This document shows, piece after piece, positions 25,401-38,833 of a stretch of 64,000 bases of DNA. Below the pieces are notes generated by a model. That model was given only the letters and a program-made list of their open reading frames with translations. It had not been told where the DNA came from and did not search any database. This DNA comes from Gordius albopunctatus (Eukaryota). A program made the translations under genes and the position numbers. Each line of letters opens with the position of its first letter. Within the stretch, counting starts at the first letter, position 1. Location of the stretch: positions 12,276,001 to 12,340,000 of the forward strand of contig OZ193909.1 of assembly GCA_964276515.1 (NCBI GenBank), given 5' to 3'.

Positions 25401-27624
25401 CCTAACTATTAATTGCATTTTACTTTCAAAATAATTACCTTTATATATTAGATTATACATAATGTGAAAATTTAACCTGATTTCAAATAAGTTGTTGACT
25501 TAATTTAAAAAAATGAAAGGACACTGCAAACATAACTTAAGTCAGACTATGGACGCGTAAGTGTCGACTCTTAAGGTATGATTAAGCTTTACAATATTTT
25601 ACTCTTATACTTTGAGGTGCTTGGTTTTGTTTTTAAATTTATTATCCCATGGCATTCACTCCCTTATTTTATCACTCTTTTTAAACCGTTATTTTTCCAC
25701 ATTTCTGTGTAGAAGTTTGTTGGCACAAAGTATCAAAGCTACCTCCACGACTTAGGCATAACCATATCCCTACTAAAAATTTCCTGGACCAAAACCACTC
25801 AAAGCAGTCGTCCATTGCCTATCGGCGACGATAGTTTGGAGATCGAACCTAAGCAAAGTTTAGTCAATCTGAGAAAATGGAAATGTTGTAGCAAACTATG
25901 GTTTTTAATCGGTTCCATATGTACACAAATTGTCGTTGTCGTATCTTTATGCCTCCTCACATTTATTCTTGTACAAGCGATGTTAGCTGCTCTATTTAAA
26001 TCTTCAAAGTCGCAATCAGACCATATTATTCAGCCATTGGTAATTTTTCCTATTTGTTATTCTGAACATCATTTAAATCATTTCTAACGCATTTTATGTG
26101 ATAGATTCCCGGGTCAAAAACTTTCCCTTGGTCTCATCTCACCTATTTATCAATATCCATGCTGATTTCGGTTGGGTTTCACGAGTTTGGTCACGCATTA
26201 GCAGCAATAAGGTAATTTTATCAATGAGTTTGAATTAATGTTACGCTCATTTCCATTTGACTATTGAACCTAAAATTAACCATCTTTTTCTTGATAAAGT
26301 TGGGGTTTGGAAGTTGAAGAGATTGGATTATTTCTAATCCTTTTCATACCCGGTGCTTACGTAAAGTTGGATCAAGTCAATTTTGCAAAATTGAAACCGA
26401 ATATCAAGTTGTGTATAGCCTCCGGTGGGGTTTGGCATAATTTGGTTTTAGCACTGATCTCGTGGTTTGTCGTAAGCTCCTCTTCCTTCATCTATTGCCT
26501 AGGGTACATTCAAAATGAAGGGGTCATTGTAGAATCCGTTCGCCAAGTAATTAGGCATTTACATGCCATTGAGACTTTTAAACTTATAACCCCAAGCTAA
26601 ATAAAGTGTCAAGAGTTTTTTGTGATTAGTTAGGTATTTATATTAATTTAGTTGAAAAGATATTAAGTTTTAAATGCATTTGCAATGTTAAATGATATAA
26701 ATATCCGAAATTGTAAAAAAAATCCGCTTTGATATATCAACACTTATTGCCTACGTTTTTAAGGTATCGCCGTTGAGCGGACCTAAAGGCTTGACACCTG
26801 GTGCAATCATATCAAGTATAAACAGGTGTCCTGTTAGAAACAGGAAAAGCTGGGTGGATTGTTTGCTTCAAGCCACGGAAGGCCCGCTCATCGGTTATTG
26901 TATTAACACCAAGCATTTGCCGATATCGACGGAGAGTTGCTGTAAAGTCGACAATAGTTTGCATAATAATATCGATGCAGGTACGAAATCGTCTGAGACG
27001 CATCTTTGTTACGTTTACACTCAGAAATTACCTCCTTTCCCCCCTTCGGATCTTCTTCTCAATTCAACACCCTTCAAATACCATAGCCCCGTGTGCCTTG
27101 GGGCTAGGTGGGTTGCCTCCCAGTTTCCCTTATGCAATACCAATGACGATTGTTACTTGTCCGCGATGGGCGATGTGGTTTGCGCCCAACCTTACCACTA
27201 CCATGCTTCGGGACTCAGACTGTACCAAATCAATCAAATAAATCATCACACGGTGCTGTACGAGGCAAAGGATCACCTAGAATTTTTTAAGTCAGTTAGG
27301 GTGCGTGAATGGATCCCTAAAACTTGGCTACTCCCCGCCGCTTTACCCGAAGCCTGGCGCCTCTTTTGGTCTTACACCATGTCTCTCAACCTGGCCTTAG
27401 CACTCTTTAACGCCGTACCCTTTTATCTCGTACTAGATGGTAGAACTATAGTAGAAGCCGCGTTCGGCGTTTGGGAAGAACGTTTATCGCGTTGGGAAAA
27501 CAAAATTTTTATAGCAAGCATTTTGCTACGTTCGCGGAATCGCCTACTCAAAGCCCTCATGCTAACGGGCACTTTTCTCTTAATTACGAACGTTGTACTA
27601 GCGTATGCGCGTGCTTTTAAATAA
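22475..27624 (+). CDS. MBTPS2: Membrane-bound transcription factor site-2 protease (M50 metalloprotease), 5 exons
   Basis: Exons: 22475-22543 (MNTFLGVTIIFWFILNLFNYLMN, donor GTAAGT), 25713-26039, 26105-26211, 26300-26546, 26764-27624. Motifs: HEFGH (HExxH), FIPGAYV, GGVWHNLVLA, SPLSGPKGL, a Cys-rich insert and NAVPFYLVLDG. Exons 2-5 are secure; exon 1 is inferred from phase and N-terminal similarity. Confidence 0.9.
23060..25189 (+). CDS. Intronless FAST-kinase-domain / RAP-domain protein (FASTKD5-like, probably mitochondrial RNA processing)
   Basis: Uninterrupted ORF of ~709 aa with Leu-rich helical repeats (LVLVCAGFFKT, RFKDITKLVWCLA) and a C-terminal RAP-like motif GRYNTKIRQLKLSGYNVRLIPWYEW. 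ATG 23060 is preferred because a pyrimidine-rich acceptor TTTTCCTCACTTTAG ends at 23033. Confidence 0.8.
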   Translation: MANKSLKIFLHFCKHQLSFLLTQRDSLVKGNKLLKNLNLHQSYYFAERSLFSRAHNLSPNDKKFQDRYIDYNENSLFYQLLKESKMYICAEQIFKLNNNFEKLVENSQDRFIISLDKMAQTFQHKLEKSQENLAPLIAESMKFIASSPSNLNNETILLLMYCLLQASHKIDYISHSPHIMTFTERECIRRLPYFSIREKILAADILIQNSHKPSLRYLELMVKSELFDDPIHATIKGHEFAQIMYYFNIVRYMGPHLAAKLTPIFKELLPTLTTHQLVLVCAGFFKTNNPIRDQALLIEILERLNESLPTLLQSRNLPYLNMLLKTARSGLTLQNSSRLVCQTFLESLTSLCYTPSQSVDLPLNVLAQAAWLATNMLLVDPKFIGLILARLQTGPLTSARFKDITKLVWCLASLNPQLPNSKPSCFVESALRGDLGEAITNELCSANRVAELDRYQDHLCVLLYSFSLCGYYPERLFTQFHQSLLAVTPDNSITTPFVTASRSKVVFDLDDMCLSLYASLQIERSSFYASVKHPSYCDRLSAHLNSLVASYLSQAACDKARSSFAPSSPSGSADRVQSSKNLHEEMYFHLTTQFSEVRCYKLGILPHSHTVDLYVTLEGDAMPQPLNAQNIHAHLARQPHVLLLPTPYLAYNSVGGLTGRYNTKIRQLKLSGYNVRLIPWYEWHKALAQGTTTPYLSQIIRDHLLWDDR

Positions 27625-27830
27625 AAATGATAAAGGTCCTTCGCTAATCACACGCTACGCTTATCTTAAAAATTTATTTTCCATAGTAGCAAAAGGTTAT
27701 CTTTGATATCTGTGTGGGGATAAATAATTTTCTACAAAATGTTAATCACGCGTATGATGAGGAAATAATTTTGCGCTATAAAATAATCTATATTATATAG
27801 TTATGTGAGGGGGATCAAAAGGCGACGCAT

Positions 27831-30800
27831 TTAACAACGCTGCTGATTGGCAAAATAATTTATATCTAACAGGGGCATTTCCTTTAAATCTTGCAAAAAG
27901 TCGTCTTCGCTCGACGAAGCTTGATCTTCATCCAACTTGGCACCAATTTTTTCGCCAGCATCCATATCGCCCTTATCCGTCGCTTTTCCATCTTCGTTCA
28001 TGGAATTTATGCACAAATTTCTTAGGGTGTTAGTAAGAGGTATGGCTGCCATTTTTCCCTGCATCGGCCTCAACGTTTGCGGAGATTTTTCTTTGTTGGC
28101 AAAACAATCTTTTCCCGTACCAACAGTTTCCCCAATTTCTCCGATAGAATCTTTTTCACCCTGCTTCTTCAGAGCTTCGATTGAAGGTGTAGCGTAAGAA
28201 GAGGGGGGTGGGGTTGATATGAACCCATACTGAGGAGACATTAAGATTTTGGTTGGGTCGTTAAAGCACTCATCCTTAGGCTTGCTGTCGTAAACGGCAA
28301 GTCTGGGGATGTTTGGAAATGGCGTTAAGTCTCCCATTTTCATGATATTAAAGCAATCCCCTAAACCATAAGCATCATATTCTTCGTACGAGCACATTTT
28401 GGCTTGGATACCGCTTTTTAGGCTACAAATTCGGGGAGGTGGTTTGGGTGGGCCTTTTTTATTCTTTGATGCAGCACATCCTTGAGAATTTATGATTCGC
28501 ACATCTCGCAATTCGGTGAATCCTTCAGTTTGAGTGGGAGATCTTGAAACGGATAATGAAAATTTAGCCACTTATATCGTTTTTAAGTTAATATTTTAAT
28601 TAATAATAATATCCTAGACCTGCTTACGAAATTTTGTATGGCATTTTCTAGTAAATCGAAAGCTATTAAAGACAATAAAGTTTTAATTCCGTTTTAAGGG
28701 TGAAATACAAATCTTAAGTGCAAAAACATAATTAAAAAATGGGACGGTAATGAAGCGGTAAGCTTCGAATGTAAAAAAGTTTACTTTTCGTTTGAGTCGG
28801 AGGAAATGGCAGAATCTACATCCAAAGAGGTGTTCGATCCTGTTTTTTTGCACGACGATTGAGAAATTACGGATCCTACATTGAAACGATGCATATAAAA
28901 TTGTTCGTTATTTTTCATCGAATCGAAGAAACATAAAAAATAATTAAAACACCATAAATAAAGAACCGGTGTGAAACTTTAATTACCTATAGAGTGTCGA
29001 TCTATATTGTTTGATCCGCCACAACTACTTTTATCATTTTTTGACGAATAGAGCGAATCTACTGCCTTGTATTGGTCGCTCGAAGAGCTCGAACTAAAGC
29101 GATTGACCATGTGTGCTAAGTAATCCGATCCCTTGTATTCTTTGAGACCAGGATGAGCTGCTTTTACAATAAATTTAAATGGGTTAATCAATATCTTGTG
29201 ATTCCTAATAATTGACAAAAAATCACTTACATTTCTTGAGTTTTAAATTAATATTTTATGCAATCGTGCATAATTTATTTTTTACTTGCTGAAACCTGTT
29301 TTGGCTATCCAAACTCTCTTTGGTCTCTAATAAGCTTTCGTATGAAAGCATTTTACTACATACTGAAAGGGTTCCGATTGTTTACCTAACAAGGCCCGGG
29401 TTAAGTTTTTTGTAGATTATAAATTTCGATAAAATTAAAAACCTTTTCTAAGTAGTGGCTGCGTATGAACAAACATTGTACTATAATAGATGGGTAGGTA
29501 GAGGACAAAGGGAAAAAGCTTTTACCTGAGTAAATAATGGCGGGGAAACGGCAGTAATAAGTATATACACTTCAAAGTGTCTGGACTCTATTTATAAATA
29601 TTCCTGAAAGAGTTGCGTACCCACCGCTTAGCCCTCCTAACACATCGCTGACAAAATGTGTCGCCTTAATACCTATTCTCCTACAAAGTCTACGTGCCCT
29701 TTGTTCGATTTTCTTGGGACTTGCATTTGTCGCCTCATTAACACCGACATTTTATGTGTCATGGTGGACATGTGTACTGGTAAAAAGGGTTTATTAATTT
29801 TTTTAAAGTTAAATACAAATTTTTAAGATGTTATGGGAAAAGTTATATTCATTAAAATTCTTTTTATCAAAGTACTTAGAGCGTTGGCTTACATTATTCC
29901 AACTAATAAAAAACAACAGTTTGCTAGATTTGTTACCGTGATTTAAATTACAAGGGTCTCTTTTATAATTTCCTTACTTGATAATGGGGTGTTGGGAGAT
30001 GGATGGGTGTTTTTGGATGGGGCCAAGGTTGAATTATTGCGCATGTTAGGGGTATACCGATGATGAGGAGCCAAGACTTGGTTAGTATTGTTGTAATAAT
30101 TTCTCATGCCCGGCATGTTATTACTGATTGAGCTATTATTGAAGTTGTGAGTAGTTGGAGTTGGGTAAAGGGGTGGGGGATATTCTTCTTCCATGGAAGA
30201 AGTACCCGAAGTTGATGATGAAGATAGCAGGGAAAGAACTTTGGTTTGCCTTTCGTTGTTATCGCTAAAAGCGAAATGCGGTTTGCCCGTTTGGCATAGG
30301 TAGGGATTGGGAGATATCAGGCCATGGCTGGGCTCGACTGGTTTTTGTGTCAGGGTTTCTTGCAGTAAGGCCCGCTGTTTCATGATTAAGCTGTACCGTT
30401 TTTGGACTTGGGGGTTGAGTTCGAATTCGTCGTCATCGCCCCTTAGCTCTTTCTTCTTAATCGAACCGTGAGTTCCAGATTTTTCCTTCGATTGGAGCGC
30501 AGTTCTATCAGAGGCATGAGGGATTATTTTGACTGTCTCGTAGCATTTAATGCGCGTAGGTGGAGTACAATTAGGTTGAGTGTTGTCGCCGTATAACGAA
30601 GATTCACCGGGCCGCTCGTTGATATCCGTTTCGTCATCGAGCACGCTGTATCTCGATGAGTTATTGTATTGCGACGAGGATTTACTACAAGCGATGGACC
30701 TGTTGTGGGGGTGATAGTTGCTTTGCGTGCTACTGCAACAGGAACCGTTGCCTCTGGATAATTTTTTGGTTGAATTAAGGGATTGCCTCTCCCTGTCCGA

Positions 30801-33800
30801 AGAACCTTTAGAACAGCCCGATCGACCAGACAGAGTATCGTCTAAATGATGATGCACGTTATAAGGCGGCCGCGAGCCCATATCGCAAGCAACCTCTTTG
30901 TTAAAAGGGTTCGCGTTGTGTTGGTCTGCGGCAGTACCATAATCAGTACCGTTTGTGTCATAATGTCCTGCGGGAGGTGGACAGGATAACTTATTTTGCG
31001 AACGGAAACGTCGAAAACTCTGTACCAATATAAAAATGCAAATATAACAACACGTTAGTCAAAAGAGTAATTGTATAGCTAGCCAAATTAACGTTCATAA
31101 GTGATGCCATTTGTTACCTACAAGATTTCATTAATTTTCGAAATTATGCAACACTTTTAATTATTATTTTATTATATAAAAGGTAGTCCATTGATGTAGA
31201 TCTGATCATAATACTATTAGCCTTTAAATACTGCATTTTAATATAATGATATAAGTGAAAACGTTATATGAGTAATATGTCTTCCTCTTCATCTTCGAAG
31301 ATTTGAACGTCTGATTCTTATAAAATAATATCTATGGAAACCGTTGTTTTACCCTATTATTGTAGGCCGCACGCTTAAAACTGTCATTGTTGTTGGAATC
31401 TGGGGCCGATTGATTCCCTGGTTGGTTACAAGTTTTAATGGAATTATGGCCATTTTTATCGCCCAACAAGGAAGAAATCAAACCAAATTTCATGGCTCGG
31501 CTCGAGGGTTGGGGTAATATGAATTTGACACGCCCGCTTTTAGATTTAGCAACACTCGCTCCTTCTAATGGCCGATCGTGCAATGGTGGGTGTAGTTCTC
31601 CGTGATTTATATGAGTGCAGTTAACGCGGTCATATATAGCGTTACTATCGTTGCTTCGGTAAATTGGTTCGTACAGCTATTTAAGAAGACACGGTCAAAA
31701 ATGTATAAAATTTACGATATATGTTACTTTGACACTAAAACGCCAAACTAATCTTTAAAATACAGTTTTTTTTACAAAAAGTTTGATATAATAATTTAAA
31801 TTTAAAAGTTTGTTTACCGATTGATTTTCATGATATTTCCCGTAGCAGTCGTGGTTGGGATGGGGGAGATTTCGATATATTGAATTTTGGGGGGCAGGTT
31901 GTTTATAGATGATGGAAGAATAAATGTCCGAATTATTGACTTTTCTTACACTAGCTCCGGGGCCAAAAATACCATTACAATGACACGAAGATGCTTGTTG
32001 TTTAGGGTATGATGATGCGTGGGTGTTTTGGCTGATTTCACGGAGATTTTGGTAAACGTTGTAATTGGTGCGTTCATTCCTCGGGCAGCATATGTGGTTC
32101 GCTATGTATTCTCTGGTATCTATCGCCACATAAAATTCATCAATTTAATTACCCTCTCGATTAACACTGCGTATAATGAGCTAAATCAAAATTACAAATT
32201 GCTGCGGGGACGGTCTATGCGCGTAATTGAGGTAGAATGCGCGGAATGTTATCACGAATATAAAGCCGCCGCTTGTATGGGAAATCCCGATTAAAAACTC
32301 TCTCGTAAGTGCGAGATTAATTTCGGCAACTCAAAAAAAGTTGGCAAAAAATTGATTGTACCGCATTAAAATCAATCTTAATCATGGGTGGGGGGTTATA
32401 GAAGTAAGCCGTTTCAATATATAATACATATCATGTATAATGGAATGGAATAGAGAGAACCTTTCAAGAGAGGATGTGCATTTATATCTTATCAAATCAA
32501 CGCGTTCTCGCGCAGTATGTGGGCGGCGGGCTCTGATAAATTTCAGGCAGCCGACCAAGTTTGAACTTATAACCCCGGTGGTGGCTAAAGGGGTATGCTA
32601 AAGGATTAGATTAGTTAAAAAGTTGTTGGCTCACAGTCATTAATCAGCACATTAAATAACTGCTTAGCAAAATCATGGTTCTTATCTTAACGATATAAGG
32701 TGGTGGTGAGGGATGAGGTATTTATCTCCCATCAATGCGTGATTTACATTTATGAGATTCATATTTTATGAGAAGTGTGGCATATAATATACTCATTAAT
32801 ATTAATTGGCTGTTAGTTTAATGGGAGGGGGGCTGGGTTTTATAGCGGGCCCAAAAAGGCTTGTTGTGGTCTGCAACCATGCCTAGCCTTGACTATTATA
32901 AATCTAAATTAAACCAGTTGTGTTAGTTTTCGTTGTTAAATAAAGAAAACCCCATCAAAATATGTTTGTGTGCTATGTAAGTACCCACAACCCTTTGAAT
33001 CGTTCCTATTGATTTTTAGATAATAGGGTACTAGAGACAGAATTTAATCTCGGTTAGATAGAAGAACAAACATATAATTATAATAACCAATTTCAGTGTC
33101 TAGGCCATTGGAAGGAGGGATGCTTATTTAATTCATCAGCATAACGGGATATTTCTCATTAATATTATAATTTTTTTCAACCAATTTTCGACAAATGCCA
33201 CAAAATTTCTCCTTTTGCAATTTGGGCCTGCAGTTTTTATAGCCAAATTACTTTTATCTTTATCTACCTTCACTTCGCCCCCCCCCTCCTTACATCTATA
33301 TAAAGTTAGCTGGGCATAATATTAGTATTTCTTTTACGTTTTTGTGACATGCATTTTAATTTAAATCGAGCTTTATTATAATTTGAATGGTCAGGCATAA
33401 ATACAGATTTTTAAGATAAAGACAAAATATAATTAAAATTTAAGTCATATTATCACAAAACGGTAATATTTGAATATGTGCAATGCATAATGACTTACAA
33501 TTAAAATATGGAATCAAAGAATTGCAATGAGTGGAATAATAGTACCATCACCTGGTCTTTATCAGCGTTAAAAAAGTATTTTTTTCTCAATAGTATAACG
33601 ATGATAAGTATTTATTACTGAGGGAAAAATAAAATTTTCGAGGTGCTTTCCTATAAAGGCGTGCTTAGCTTATATTAGGTATGCATTTTATAAATGTATT
33701 GTTTGTATTAATTTCCCGCAGGGCGTGGAAAATCGTGAAAACAGAGAGGAGAGAGACCAAAACGTGAGAAATGGGTGGCTATTTAAGTACACGTTGCTCA

Positions 33801-35899
33801 CCCATCCCCCCTCCCACACAACAAACTCGCACAACTTTGATTGTTGTGTTTTGCATCAAAATTGCCTTAAGCTCCATGGCTTGGCTGGGACTAATTCTAT
33901 TTATACCTGTGCTTTTTGTTTGGTCGATAATAGGATAAATCAAAAATTTTCAGCAAAGTTTTTTTTGTAAATGCAATTTTTTAAATAATATTTATATGTT
34001 GTCCTGAATGATTATCCCTTTCGATACGGCAATATAAATTGTCTAATATAATTCAATTTTAAAAAACGTGTTTTTACAATAAAATCTTGACTTGATTTTA
34101 CATGAGCACTGATAGATGGTCATTGCTTTAGCATTGTCCTGCTAAATGAGCATCCTCCTCTACCCGTTAATTTTAGCAAGCCACTAATTACATATATGAT
34201 GTAGTTTATAGTTGAGGATGTAATGGTTGGGTGGGTTGCTGATAAGAGGACAGGTTTACACGCTAAGCTAGTAGGTAGCTCGTATATTTACTCTCATTAA
34301 GTCCTTGCCATGTTATTTATCAACAGCATGCGTCCATCCAGTCCACCCATCCAAGACCCACGCACGCTTTGTTTTACGTGTAATTATCTCAAATGAAATT
34401 GCACTCCCTAACTCATGGGCGTAGACAAGGGTGGCAGGGATGGGCGGCTGCCCCCCCCCTCTAAATTCAAAAATTGGTTGAAATTATGACTAAAATTTCA
34501 AAAAAAGATCATTTTGCCTCTCGCTAGCTCATTGTTGCCCTCTTCTAATCCCGATGCTCCCTAAATCATTCAAAATTATGTTGAAAGTGCATTTTACCTT
34601 CAATTTTGATTAAATGGTCAGCAAGAGCTTAATAAAATCGTGATTTTACTCCAAACGAAACGATTAATTAAAATTATGGGTATAACGTAACAGGGATTTC
34701 GCAATTAAAATGCTAATTGCCATAAATTTATAAGGAATTTTAAAATTGCGAAATAATGTAGTTAACTAGCAAATGTTGTATAACGCTTAACAGCCGACCT
34801 GTTAACCTAAATTATAGCGCAGGAAAAAGGCATCGGTGGTTTTTATGAAATGGAGTATGCATTTGCATTGTATTTAACATGCTATTATTCCCTACCTTTC
34901 CCCCGCCCCTTGTTAAAATAAAAGCTTTTGAAACGACGACACTGTTAAATTTATACTCCCTTTTAACGTGTATGTAATAGCAAAGTAATAATGGAATGAA
35001 TAAGAGGTGAATGTCGAGATAATGGAATCAGCAATTAAAATCTATTTAAAAATCGTTATCTGACCAGAAATCAGTGGGTGGTTATTTTAATTTTGTTATT
35101 ACACAATAAGTATTTTGCCCCCATGGCTATATTGTTGTTATTGTAATCATAATGATTCCATTATGTAAGGCATATATCGTATGCTATGCATTAAGGTCAA
35201 GCACTCATCGGCGCAATCCTTTTACATAACATTAAAGAAGGGGCAATCAGGTCAAAAGTCCATCCCACGCATATAAATATCATATAATATTAATCAAATT
35301 CAATATTGTTTTAAAATTTTTTGAGAATATCACGATTCATTAATATTGGAAGATATATTGAATAAGACCATTTATAAATAAATATAAACAATAACCAAGA
35401 TTTTTTGGATAGGAAGACAAGAGGGACAGTTATTTACGCTGTATTTTGTATGTTTTACAATTATTTTTATTTATTTTTTGTTCTCAGCTTTAAAAAACTG
35501 TAACAGGGACATTATATTTTTGATATGACCTTTAAAAATTGTCCCCCCTCTCTTTTAAATTATTATCATCTTCTACCCCCTGATTGAGACTTAATTACTT
35601 GTCAATAAAACTTGAGTTAAATATAATATACAAATTTGATAATACACTATTAATTTAAATATTCGGTGCTTACATAATGGCTTTGAATATGCGGCTACGT
35701 TAGAATTCGCCCTTCTTAATTGTCGGGGCTGATTATAATCACGGCAACAATTGTGATTAAAAACTGCGAATGATTCGTTTAGGTTAGATGGAATTTTAGG
35801 CTTTGGAATTGCGTAATAAGAATTATTTAACATTTGATGGCAACGAGGTGGGCCGATGTAATTGTTATTAAATGATATGTTACAACAATAATCAGTCAT
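27831..35899 (-). CDS. Uncharacterised multi-exon gene encoding a long Ser/Asn/Pro-rich, probably disordered protein
   Basis: Collinear minus-strand ORFs with raised GC (35591..35899, 31755..32129, 31332..31583, 29943..31028, 28979..29218, 27831..28571), mostly bounded by GT/AG. The 3' chain 29160-28987, 28875-28785, a 35-nt exon near 28630-28660 and 28570-27831 is phase-consistent. The middle part is unresolved and no domain was recognised. Confidence 0.55.
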
Positions 35900-38716
35900 T
35901 TCTGCAAAATTAGTTTCGTGCTTAAAAATTAAATTTATGAAAAATTGGGGAAAGTTCTAACCTTTTTATAGTAATTTACAAAAATTAATAATTGTACTCT
36001 ACAAAAGTGCGCTAAATTGTTGAGGTGACACACGCCAGATGTTTGTTAAAAAGTTGCGCACTTAACCCATTATTTCCCAATACCATATACAAGACAGACA
36101 GTATTCGATCAAATTGTACCATTCATTATCCGCCCTTTTTTCTACGCGCTTTACTTAAACCTTCTTTATTAGGTAGTAAAATTAAAGTTATCCATCCATA
36201 TTGCAGGAGGAGATCGTAGAGATTGGGCTAGAGATATGATGACAAAAAGAAAAGGAGCAGATGGGCCCGGTGTCTGCGATCGCCTATTAAATTATTCAAT
36301 TGATCATTAGAGAGGACAGAGGGAGACCTGCACCCTATACTGCGTGCAGCATTAGACAGCTTTGATAAGTCATTGTCTACCCATTAATTTTAACTTCTTA
36401 ACCTGCCAGCCGTCGTAAAGTTTACCTAATTCTATTAAACTATGACATTTTGCCTTAAAACATAATTTAAGATTATTATAGGGTGGATAAATCTAGTGTA
36501 AATATAAGAATTTAATAATATAAAAGATGTGTTGATTAAAAATGCAAATAGTGTCTAATCCGAGTTTCAAGAAAAAAGGGCACCAAACATTCTTAGACAT
36601 GATTCACGTCATCATAGCTTATCGACAACTTTGCTAAGTGAAATGTTACCCATCTTTTCACCTAACAGGTGTTAAGTGTCAAATGAAATAATATCAGGTG
36701 GCCGATGACAATCGTCAAACTTTGTTTAAAAACCTTGGTTATTTCACACTCTGAAAAGTTACCAAAGATTGATTCGAAAGCGTCAACGTGATTTATAGTT
36801 AAAAAATAATAATAATTAAAAATGCAATATTTTATTTTCAAAGTTATTAGTTTTTTATTTTATTGTTAAACTATAATGGGAGCCACGAAATGATGTCAAC
36901 CTTTCACGAATAATTTTCATTACTATTTTACATGCCACTTTGCCATTGTAATTTCGTTTCATTATTTTCATAAAACTGGTGTGTTGTAAATGGCAAACAA
37001 TTAAAAATTCTTTAGACTAAATTTTCCATGGGAGTAGTTGGGGGGGGGGGGCAGTGAGGGGCGGCTGCCCCCTCTAAACCCAAAACTGTTGAAATTTATT
37101 AAAATTATGTCTAAAATTTCAAAAAAATGATCATTTTGTCCCTCCCCTCTAATTCCAATGCTGGCTACGACGCGTATGAAATCTTGGGTGCGTCTTAAAA
37201 TGCGATTTTGCATAGATGCAAAAAAACGAATGCATGTTAGAACATAGCCGCGTCTTAATACGAGCGTCACTCCATTTTTTTCTATTTTTGTTTTTTTGCT
37301 CATAAAACAAATGATTATCCTTTAATTACGCTTATTAATTCATATTCATCATATGGTAACTAAACTAAAATTGTTGATTCCGCGACATGTATATCGCATA
37401 TTTAGACAAACAAAAATATGACGCTTGAAGTTGAATCGTATATTAAGACGGGCCCATAAGTTATACCCGACTCGTATGATCTTGTTATATTTCTCTTTAA
37501 TATTTATTTTTACATATATTAAATTATTGTATGGACATTTATATAAAACAGACAACTAAGTAATTAAGCGTGTTTTGGAGTCGCTTGTGCAAAAAGACAT
37601 GAAACTAGTAAAACAATAATACCTAAACATGTCTTGTTTCGACGGCAACGTAATATTTTCTGACGCAACATATTTACATTATCCATTATGTATGACAAAT
37701 GAAATATAGATTACATAGCTTACCTCTGTAAAACTGATTTAATATGTTGATCATCTTTAAGGCATATATTAAAGTTTCAAATGCGCTATTACACTGGAGG
37801 GGACAATATAGCAGGACAGGTGTCCATCTTAGATAACGATGAGCATATGGATTTTATACTTTTTAATTTTCTTAAAATTTAAAGCCAGAGCTATGCATTA
37901 AACTAATGTATGAATCGTTTATTGTAATAATGTTAGTTAAAAATAAAATTACGTGAAAGAATATTAAACCTAACCTGATAAAAAATTAAAGCACAACTTG
38001 AACATTGCCTGCAAGAATGAGCGGATAAATTGACATCAATTATAATTTTGATAATTTAAACATAAGTTGTAATTAACTTTGTTAAACAATGTGCAAAAGG
38101 GATAGGCCAGGCAGATTTATAAATAAAGGGCAATTGTTTTATTTTTCTGCTGGAATGCTAGAATTCGCCCAAAACTAAAATGAAGCCTTTCCTTTAATAT
38201 ACATACATTAACACCTGGCATATCTTATCAATTTTTAGAAATGCCTAAATTTTATTTTGTACAAATTATCAATAAAATTATGTTCTTTCATTTGATCTCT
38301 AGAGGGAATTCTGACCTTTGACAAAGCGGTAGTATAACTTAACGTGAACCAATACATTAACCAAACGTTTATGCAACATTATATTTTCGATTTTTTATAA
38401 AAAAAAGATAGTGTTTTTGAGAATAGGAATATATTTAGCATTTTCGAATACTTTATATCTTCTATGTTTTGAAATTAAAAAAATAGATTTTATTTCTAAA
38501 GAACGCTTTATATTACTTTATTAATTTTTTTTATCTTACCATTATCCCTCACCCCTACATAATTTTTATGGAATGAGCTGCCGAAAAATAAATTGCTTAT
38601 AGGTTCGAGTTCGACCCTGAATCCTTGCTTTAATCGGCGGATTTGTGGAACAAACTTTAAACGAGTGCAAATGCTATCATAAAAATCCGACACAAAAATT
38701 CACTCGGTCTCATGCC

Positions 38717-38833
38717 CATGGTCCCCCCCCCCTAAATAGCGAGAAAAAAATTTTCAAATGCAAAAACCCTTAAAAATTAAAAAAAATTTACGTTTTGCCC
38801 CCCCCCCCAATCCAAAACCTGGCTACGCCCGTG
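38717..38833. mobile_element. CATGG-family MITE, deleted copy
   Basis: Ends CATGG and GGCTACGCCCGTG; TSD CTCATGCC/TTCATGCC. Further partial copies occur near 8270-8316, 22260-22307, 34413-34560, 37027-37178, 42404-42534, 47170-47312, 53380-53428, 53550-53645 and 56991. Confidence 0.65.

Noticed and set aside
25513..25600. Local first coding exon for MBTPS2 (ATGs at 25513, 25549, 25578)
   Set aside because: These frames hit stops or give the wrong phase for exon 2, and none encodes the hydrophobic N-terminus.
29231..29234. Possible 4-nt micro-exon in the unknown minus-strand gene (CAAG|AAAT|GTAAGT)
   Set aside because: It would fix the phase, but the neighbouring exons are uncertain and it cannot be supported without transcripts.
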